This document shows positions 57,867 through 64,000 of a stretch of DNA of 64,000 nucleotides, in pieces. The stretch is from the NCBI GenBank assembly GCA_964590105.1, contig CAZPYM010000001.1:366172-430171 (forward strand). The letters run 5' to 3'. This DNA comes from an uncultured Gammaproteobacteria bacterium (GTDB lineage: Bacteria; Patescibacteriota; Patescibacteriia; UBA11705; JABHMO01). Under the pieces are notes generated by a model, which worked only from the letters and a program-made list of their open reading frames with translations, ran no database searches and was not told the DNA's origin. The translations under genes and the position numbers were made by a program. The first letter of the stretch is position 1. Each line of letters starts with the position of its first letter.

Positions 57867-58388
57867 TTATTTAGTTTCTTTTATTGCATTTAACACATTT
57901 ACTAATCCACGCAAGTTGCCAGCCAGCACATTAACAAAACCAGTAATTGGCGCCTTGATCGAACCAACGATCTTGGCGTAGAGTTCTAATTTGCTTGGCA
58001 ACTCTGAAAGTCTTGTTACTTCTTCCAATGAAATCAAGGAGCCTTCCAATAATCCGCCGGTAAAAGCCACTTGTTCATGAGTTTTGGCAAATTCTTTTAA
58101 TATCTTGGCCGGAGCGACCTCGTCATCAATACTAATCGCGATGGCTAAACTTCCAAGCATTGACTTGACATTAGAATCATTCAAACCGATTTCCTGTAAA
58201 GCTAAATCCAATAAAGTTTTTTTCACCGCAATAAATTCAACATTTTGTTCTCGGCATTTTTGTCTTAATTCCTGACTAGCATTCACAGTCAATCCTTCTT
58301 GATTGGCAATAACCACTGATTTGGCTTGCTTTATCTTGTCAACCAACCCGCTGACTATTTGCTCTTTGAGCTTTTTTGTCTTTGGCAT
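57867..58388 (-). CDS. rplJ: 50S ribosomal protein L10
   Basis: GLTV, KKTL, LPS...L motifs; lies upstream of rplL. Confidence 0.95.
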   Translation of the reverse strand: MPKTKKLKEQIVSGLVDKIKQAKSVVIANQEGLTVNASQELRQKCREQNVEFIAVKKTLLDLALQEIGLNDSNVKSMLGSLAIAISIDDEVAPAKILKEFAKTHEQVAFTGGLLEGSLISLEEVTRLSELPSKLELYAKIVGSIKAPITGFVNVLAGNLRGLVNVLNAIKETK

Positions 58389-58423
58389 ATTATTTTGTTA
58401 AAAATGATTAAATAAAAATTTCG

Positions 58424-58546
58424 CGCCCACAGACACGAAATCACCACCGGTTAATCAAATTAACCAAATGAATTTTTCCTGGGCGAGATTTATGCACTTC
58501 TGGCAACTACCTATTACAGGCCAAAATGCAACCCGCTGTCTGTGGA
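58424..58546 (-). promoter_or_regulatory. L10 leader (autogenous regulatory RNA)
   Basis: AGACAGCGGG...TAAATCTCGCCCAGG resembles the L10-binding motif; alternative pairing CCACAGAC/GTCTGTGG. Confidence 0.7.
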
Positions 58547-58632
58547 ATTTTATTGTTATAGATATTATAACGAAAAAACATTGCGCCGTCAAGCCTTGCT
58601 GTTTAACTAAATTTAGACAAAGAAACAAGCCG

Positions 58633-59313
58633 CTAACTAATCGTTGTGCCAATGAAATCCTCACCGCGCAAAAAACGCTCAAAATTGTCTAAATCCCGGC
58701 CATGTATTACAACTACCTTTAGCCCGATTTCCTCGGCCAGAGCGCAAGCCAGAGGGTCAAGCGGCAGCTTGGCGCCCGGGAGCCATTCGTTGCCAATGAT
58801 TGCTTTTAGCTCCTGCCAATTCATTTTTTCAAACTTTTTGGCCTCTGGAAATTTATTTGGATCTTTGTCATAAACATGGCTGACATTGGTCAGGACAACC
58901 ATCGAATCAACTTGCTGATTTTTCGCCAGAACAGTAGCAACATAATCCGTAGAATTACCAGGCTTCCAGCCGCCGCCAATAATAATTTTTTTATCAGTTT
59001 CCGGCAGTTCATTCGGACTTAAAAATATATTTTGGCAGGCAATATCGCCCAACGCTGTTCGCAAAAAAGTTGCATTGAGTCTAGTGGCTTGAATTCCCAG
59101 CCAATCAAGCTCCTCCCGCTGAATATCAGAGCGAACCGAAAGCGCCCGCTGATTGTACTCGCGGCAAATCGCGCCGCCGCCAATCACAATGAAAAATTGA
59201 CAACCGTTCTGAACATGTTTATTCAAAACTCGGCATAATTTTTGTAAAAATCCCGGCTGAAATTTTTCCGGGGCGACTATTGAACCGCCAAGATCAAGCA
59301 CAAATTTTTTCAT
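58633..59313 (-). CDS. pyrH: UMP kinase, archaeal type
   Basis: LGGS, GGG, D..GI.ATRLNA, PGNSTDYVA, VYDKDP motifs. Confidence 0.9.
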   Translation of the reverse strand: MKKFVLDLGGSIVAPEKFQPGFLQKLCRVLNKHVQNGCQFFIVIGGGAICREYNQRALSVRSDIQREELDWLGIQATRLNATFLRTALGDIACQNIFLSPNELPETDKKIIIGGGWKPGNSTDYVATVLAKNQQVDSMVVLTNVSHVYDKDPNKFPEAKKFEKMNWQELKAIIGNEWLPGAKLPLDPLACALAEEIGLKVVVIHGRDLDNFERFLRGEDFIGTTIS

Positions 59314-59322
59314 ATGCTCAAA

Positions 59323-60459
59323 TTATATTAATAATTTTCTCAACTTTTCCGCTTGTTTGGCCCAATGAAAACGTAGATTCACTCTATTCCTGCCGCGCTC
59401 GCCCAGTTCCTGCGCGCGCTTTTCATTTCGAAAAAGCGAAATAACCGCCTGCGCGATCTCATTTACGCTCATAGGATCCACCAAAAGCCCGGTCACATTG
59501 TGTTCCACCGCTTCCACTGCGCCGCCGCTGCGTCCGGCAATCGCCGGCTTGGCATAACAATTTGCTTCCAAATACACAATACCAAACCCTTCAATATCGC
59601 CGTCATCAAGTCTGCGACTCGGCATGATAAAAACATCGGCCAAACAATAAAAATATGGGAGCTCAGAATCAAGCACATCAGTAAAAAATAAAACTCGATC
59701 TTGCAAACTATTTTTTTCAACCAATTGTTTCAGCTTCTTATAATTTTCCCCATTACCTACAATAAGATAAACCACGCTTGGAACTTGTCGTAAAATATTT
59801 GGCAGAGCTTCAATCACTTTGTCATGTCCTTTTCTTTCGACCAATCGACCAACCGTCAAAAGCACTTTTTTGTTTTGCAAATTATATTTTTGGCGTAATT
59901 CTTCAATTCTTTCCTGGTTGATATTTTGACAACTGGCGCTGGGACACGGATAAATAATATTGGCTTCAGGACAGTCAGAATATTTCTCTGCCAATAAACC
60001 CTGAGTGTAGGCGCTATTGGCAATAATTTTGTCCGCATTTTTCAAAATTGTTTTTGATAATCTTTTTTTTCTTTTACTGGCCCCAGAATAAGCCACGTCC
60101 AGTCCATGAACTGAAACCAAATAAGGTATGCCCAGGAACTTCTTAATTACATAAGTAACGGTGCCGACAGGCAGCAAATGAGCAACAATTATTTTTTTAA
60201 TTTTTTCGCTCCTGACAACTTTATAGGCGTGATACAGCAAGGGCAGCCATTTGGGCCATACCCAGCGGCTATTTGAAAGAAAATTTTTCCGATAAATTAA
60301 ATAATTTTGCTTTATATCAAAATCAAGGGAATTGTCATATTCTGGTGCCAGCACCACCAAACTGTCGCTTGGCAGATAGCGGCATAAGTTTGCCCAATAG
60401 TTTGCCACTCCGCCAAACATCGGGGGAAAATCAATTGTTATGAGAAGTGTCCTTTGCAT
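59323..60459 (-). CDS. Glycosyltransferase family 4
   Basis: FPP..GG, GRLVERKG, EGFGIVYLEA motifs. Confidence 0.93.
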   Translation of the reverse strand: MQRTLLITIDFPPMFGGVANYWANLCRYLPSDSLVVLAPEYDNSLDFDIKQNYLIYRKNFLSNSRWVWPKWLPLLYHAYKVVRSEKIKKIIVAHLLPVGTVTYVIKKFLGIPYLVSVHGLDVAYSGASKRKKRLSKTILKNADKIIANSAYTQGLLAEKYSDCPEANIIYPCPSASCQNINQERIEELRQKYNLQNKKVLLTVGRLVERKGHDKVIEALPNILRQVPSVVYLIVGNGENYKKLKQLVEKNSLQDRVLFFTDVLDSELPYFYCLADVFIMPSRRLDDGDIEGFGIVYLEANCYAKPAIAGRSGGAVEAVEHNVTGLLVDPMSVNEIAQAVISLFRNEKRAQELGERGRNRVNLRFHWAKQAEKLRKLLI

Positions 60460-60473
60460 ATAACATCAACTAT

Positions 60474-61205
60474 CTAAATCATACTTATAAAACCGAGCAT
60501 TCCGCCCCGGCAAAACTCTTTTTCCCGGCGAAAAGAATAAAATCTGCCGTTACAGCAAGTGCATTCATTTGAACACTCTATATTTTTATCCAAAATGCCG
60601 GCACTTGTCAACTGGTAGCTGACTATTTTTCCCAAATTAATGCTATTTTTTTCTCCCTCTTTTCTCACTGCTTCGGGAAAATTAGAAAATTTGTCAGCAA
60701 CATCTTTTTTTACTTCAAAGCAACATTGCCGAATATGCGGCCCGATTTCAATATTAATATTTGCGGGGACTGAACCAAGCTGTTTCATCTTTTTAACTAG
60801 TTCAACCGCAACCCCGCTCACTACTCCGCGCCAGCCGGCGTGCGCTATGCCAATAACATTTGCGACAGAATCATAAGCAAATATCGGCAGACAGTCAGCG
60901 GTTTCAATTCCAATAATTATATCTTTTTTTTGACAAACAATTCCATCTACGCCCACCAGCCAATCTTTTTTCAGCGCGCCCTGCCCGCAATGCTCCTGAT
61001 TCACAATAAATATTTTATTGGAATGAACTTGCTCGGGCATAATCAGTTTTTCCAGATCCAAATTCATCTGACTGAAAAATTTCCGCCTGTTGGTAAGAAC
61101 ATTTTCTCCCGGCCATTTGAACGACAAGTTGCAGCATTGTTTGCAGGAAAATCCCGCCCGGATATTTTTTAAAAATTGCGGGAAAATATTAACAATATCA
61201 AACAT
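60474..61205 (-). CDS. pgeF: PgeF/YfiH family protein
   Basis: QVHS, TADCLP, HAGWRG, FYSFRR motifs. Confidence 0.92.
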   Translation of the reverse strand: MFDIVNIFPQFLKNIRAGFSCKQCCNLSFKWPGENVLTNRRKFFSQMNLDLEKLIMPEQVHSNKIFIVNQEHCGQGALKKDWLVGVDGIVCQKKDIIIGIETADCLPIFAYDSVANVIGIAHAGWRGVVSGVAVELVKKMKQLGSVPANINIEIGPHIRQCCFEVKKDVADKFSNFPEAVRKEGEKNSINLGKIVSYQLTSAGILDKNIECSNECTCCNGRFYSFRREKEFCRGGMLGFISMI

Positions 61206-62640
61206 TTTTTTTAAGTAACACTTTGTAAAAATATTTTATGTCCTGCGCCGTAACGCCGCGAATCAACAAAACCATTCCGATATAAGTAATTGCGCCGATC
61301 AAAATCAAAATTGTAAAATGCAAATAAGGAATAAAATAATAAATCACCGCCGCCATTACGAGCGCGCTAATCAGCGACTTAACTGCCACAATAATCAGCT
61401 TGACTTTGCTGTATGGAATAATACCCTTCGCCACAATTAAGCTGGCAAAAAATAAGGTCGCGTGACTGCAGAGGAAAGCAATGCTAGCGCCATTAAAACT
61501 ATAACGAGGAATCAAATAAACATTCAAAGCAATATTTACCAGCATGATCGAACCGACTAAAACCATATTTGTTACTTGTTTATTGCAGCCATTTAGCAGA
61601 GAACCCAAAGGAAAGTTCAGGAAAACGAAAATCAACCCGGCCATTAATATCTGTAATGGCAGAACCGCCGGCAAATATTCCGAACCATAGAAAAATAAAA
61701 TTATCGGATGCGCCAAAGTCGCAACGCCAAAAGAAATGGGAACCACTATTACCGCCAAAAACTTCATCACTCGGTCAAAAGTTGATTTTAACTGCGCCTT
61801 GTCATGCAAAAAATGATGGCTGAAAGCCGGAAATATTGCCGCGGAGAGAGCCGCAGGAATGAACTGCAAGGCAAAAGGGATTTTCATAGCTACACTATAC
61901 CAACCGACAGCTCTGTCCCCCACCATCTTTGACAACATTACCGTATCAATATATCCATAAACCCGACTGAATATCGCGATTAAAGCAAACGGGATAGAAA
62001 TCGCGAACAAAAATTTCACAACCTGTTTATCGATAGCCAGAGAAAAGCGCACCTGAAGAATCCGCCACACACAGACAGCGGCAAAAATCATGCTAAAAGC
62101 GCTGGCGCAGACAAAAGGCAACATCAGCCAGGGCAAAGATAATTTCGACATTAAAACAAATAATCCCACCCCCACAATAATTACTTGATTTATGGCAATG
62201 CTTACTGACTCCCATTTTAAATTTCTATATCCTCTGAATACACTCCAAAAAGTATTGGCAAACTGGTCAAAAATCATAGGAATGCCGGCCAGATAAACCA
62301 AAAGCTTGGTCAGCGACGGATAGCCGAGCAGATTGATAACCACCACAACGACCGCATAAACAACAAAAGTTGCCAAAAGCTTGACAACCATTATTGACGA
62401 CAAATAAGTTTTTGATTTTTCATGAAACTTTGCCGACTCGCGAATCAGGGCCTGATTTAACCCAAGATCAATAAATACTGAAAACAAAGTGGCAAATGAA
62501 ATGGCAAAAGTGTACTTTCCCAAATCCTCAACGCCGATGAATCGCGCCACCAGGACAAAATAAAAAAACGACAATATTTTCTGCCAAATATATGAAGTCG
62601 TCAAATAAGTCGTGTTTCTGGTAACAGTTTCACCTTGCAT
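61198..62640 (-). CDS. Wzx-type polysaccharide flippase
   Basis: Multi-TM MOP-family protein; DLGL, DTVML, VGWYS motifs. Confidence 0.9.
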   Translation of the reverse strand: MQGETVTRNTTYLTTSYIWQKILSFFYFVLVARFIGVEDLGKYTFAISFATLFSVFIDLGLNQALIRESAKFHEKSKTYLSSIMVVKLLATFVVYAVVVVVINLLGYPSLTKLLVYLAGIPMIFDQFANTFWSVFRGYRNLKWESVSIAINQVIIVGVGLFVLMSKLSLPWLMLPFVCASAFSMIFAAVCVWRILQVRFSLAIDKQVVKFLFAISIPFALIAIFSRVYGYIDTVMLSKMVGDRAVGWYSVAMKIPFALQFIPAALSAAIFPAFSHHFLHDKAQLKSTFDRVMKFLAVIVVPISFGVATLAHPIILFFYGSEYLPAVLPLQILMAGLIFVFLNFPLGSLLNGCNKQVTNMVLVGSIMLVNIALNVYLIPRYSFNGASIAFLCSHATLFFASLIVAKGIIPYSKVKLIIVAVKSLISALVMAAVIYYFIPYLHFTILILIGAITYIGMVLLIRGVTAQDIKYFYKVLLKKNV

Positions 62641-62818
62641 AATGCAGTCTTATTATAGCAAAGCCAAGACAGTTTTTCAACTTAAAGTTATTGATTTATG
62701 CCCGCCCTCTGGGTTGGGCGAGGGTAAGGGCGGCCCGCGCGAAGCGAGGCGCCGCCTTCATTTCTAGACAAAAAAACCTCCATATCTGGAGGCCTTTTTG
62801 TATATTTTATATATTAAA

Positions 62819-63373
62819 TTAACGTTTTTTCCATTGCGGAGCTTTTCTCGCTCTCTTTAAACCCGGTTTTTTTCTTTCCTTTTTGCGAGAATCTCGAGTC
62901 AGATAGCCTGCCTTTTTCAATGGCTTTTTGAAATTTGGATTGAGCAAAAGCAATGCCCTTGAAATGCCATGGCGCACTGCCTCAGCCTGAGACATACTGC
63001 CGCCGCCGATGACTTTCACTGTTATATCAAGTTTAGCCACCTGGCCGACAACTTTTAACGGGCTAAGTAGCCTGTCCTGCAAATCAAGAGTCGGAAAGTA
63101 ATTATTTGCCTGTTTATCATTTACAATTATTTCACCAGTTCCCTTTTTATAAACACGCACCTGAGCAATGGCGGTTTTTCTTCTGCCAACGCCATACAAA
63201 TATTCAGCCTTTTTCGTGCTAGTCGCATTTTCATCTTCAACTTTTGACAATGTTTCCATCGGTTCGACTTTTTCTTTGACCACCTTTTTGGGCGCGATCT
63301 TTTTGGGCGCCTTTTTTATTTCCTTGCTCGTCTTTTTTGCGCTAGTGATTGTTTTCTTTTTTGCTTCAGCCAT
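62819..63373 (-). CDS. rpsI: 30S ribosomal protein S9 with a Lys-rich N-terminal extension
   Basis: GRRKTA, GGG..SQA, ERKKPGLKRARK motifs. Confidence 0.97.
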   Translation of the reverse strand: MAEAKKKTITSAKKTSKEIKKAPKKIAPKKVVKEKVEPMETLSKVEDENATSTKKAEYLYGVGRRKTAIAQVRVYKKGTGEIIVNDKQANNYFPTLDLQDRLLSPLKVVGQVAKLDITVKVIGGGSMSQAEAVRHGISRALLLLNPNFKKPLKKAGYLTRDSRKKERKKPGLKRARKAPQWKKR

Positions 63374-63375
63374 AT

Positions 63376-63732
63376 TTATTTGGTTCTGACAAATTTTAAT
63401 CTCTTAATCATGCTGGCTCTCAACTTATTATTCGGCAACATGTGATAAACAGCGTTCCGCAAGACAAACTTCGGATCGTTTTTTAATTTGAACTTGACAA
63501 GCTCAGTCTTGAGTCCGCCTGGGTACCCGGAATGATGGTGATATTTTTTTTGCTTCAGTTTATTGCCCGAAAATGTCACTTTGTCGAAATTGGTTACTTC
63601 AACAATGTCTCCTTCGTCAACATTGGGTTTGAAACTTACTTTGTGCTTGCCGCGCAATAAAACAGCAATCTCAGTAGCGAGTCTGCCTACGATTCTGCCA
63701 TCGGCGTTAATTTTGTGAACATTTCTAATCAT
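63376..63732 (-). CDS. rplM: 50S ribosomal protein L13
   Basis: GRLAT..A..LRGKHK, HSGYPGG motifs. Confidence 0.96.
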   Translation of the reverse strand: MIRNVHKINADGRIVGRLATEIAVLLRGKHKVSFKPNVDEGDIVEVTNFDKVTFSGNKLKQKKYHHHSGYPGGLKTELVKFKLKNDPKFVLRNAVYHMLPNNKLRASMIKRLKFVRTK

Positions 63733-63735
63733 ATT

Positions 63736-64000
63736 TTAAACAAATTCAATTATTGCCATTGTCGCGTCATCACCCTTTCTGTTTGCCAACTTAATGATCC
63801 GAGTATAGCCGCCTTTGCGTTCCTTGTATTTTGGCCCCAATTCATTCAGTAATTTGGCAACCGCCTTTTCATCATAAAAATATTTCAATAATTGCCGGCG
63901 TACAGCTAAACTATTTTCTTGGCTCTTGGTAATAAATTTCTCCACGACTGATTTGACTGCTTTGGCCCGCAAATGAGTGGTTTTCATTTTTCCCTTCAAA
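63736..64000 (-). CDS. rplQ: 50S ribosomal protein L17 (5' part outside the window)
   Basis: TT..RAK, R.GGYTRI, R.GD.A motifs. Confidence 0.93.
   Translation of the reverse strand, partial: LKGKMKTTHLRAKAVKSVVEKFITKSQENSLAVRRQLLKYFYDEKAVAKLLNELGPKYKERKGGYTRIIKLANRKGDDATMAIIEFV

Overview
Bacterial chromosomal segment with most genes on the minus strand and TGA used as a stop (code 11). The gene set suggests a Patescibacteria/CPR (Parcubacteria-like) genome: archaeal-type PyrH, a group 3b-type NiFe hydrogenase, an FG-GAP L,D-transpeptidase and SD-less core genes. That assignment is an inference. Core content: the front of the F1Fo ATP synthase operon, tatD/metG/rsmI, cell-envelope genes, lower glycolysis (pgk, eno, two gpmI), a hydrogenase operon, an SOS cassette (lexA, GxxExxY, SRAP-like, dinB), tRNA-Glu, murF/PBP/mraZ-rsmH, tgt and ribosomal protein genes. 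Main highlights: (1) a full-length, stand-alone major vault protein (MVP) homologue at 33153-35879. (2) An ORF-free 1.2 kb region at 7216-8389 with two promoter-to-terminator, highly structured transcripts. These carry strong Shine-Dalgarno sites in front of 4-8 codon micro-ORFs, two of which share the peptide YTSGF. (3) A GxxExxY nuclease cassette bracketed by 37-bp inverted repeats inside the SOS operon, with GTTC-N7-GTTC operators at lexA. (4) A translin/TRAX-like gene. All calls come from reading motifs by eye; no database searches were run.
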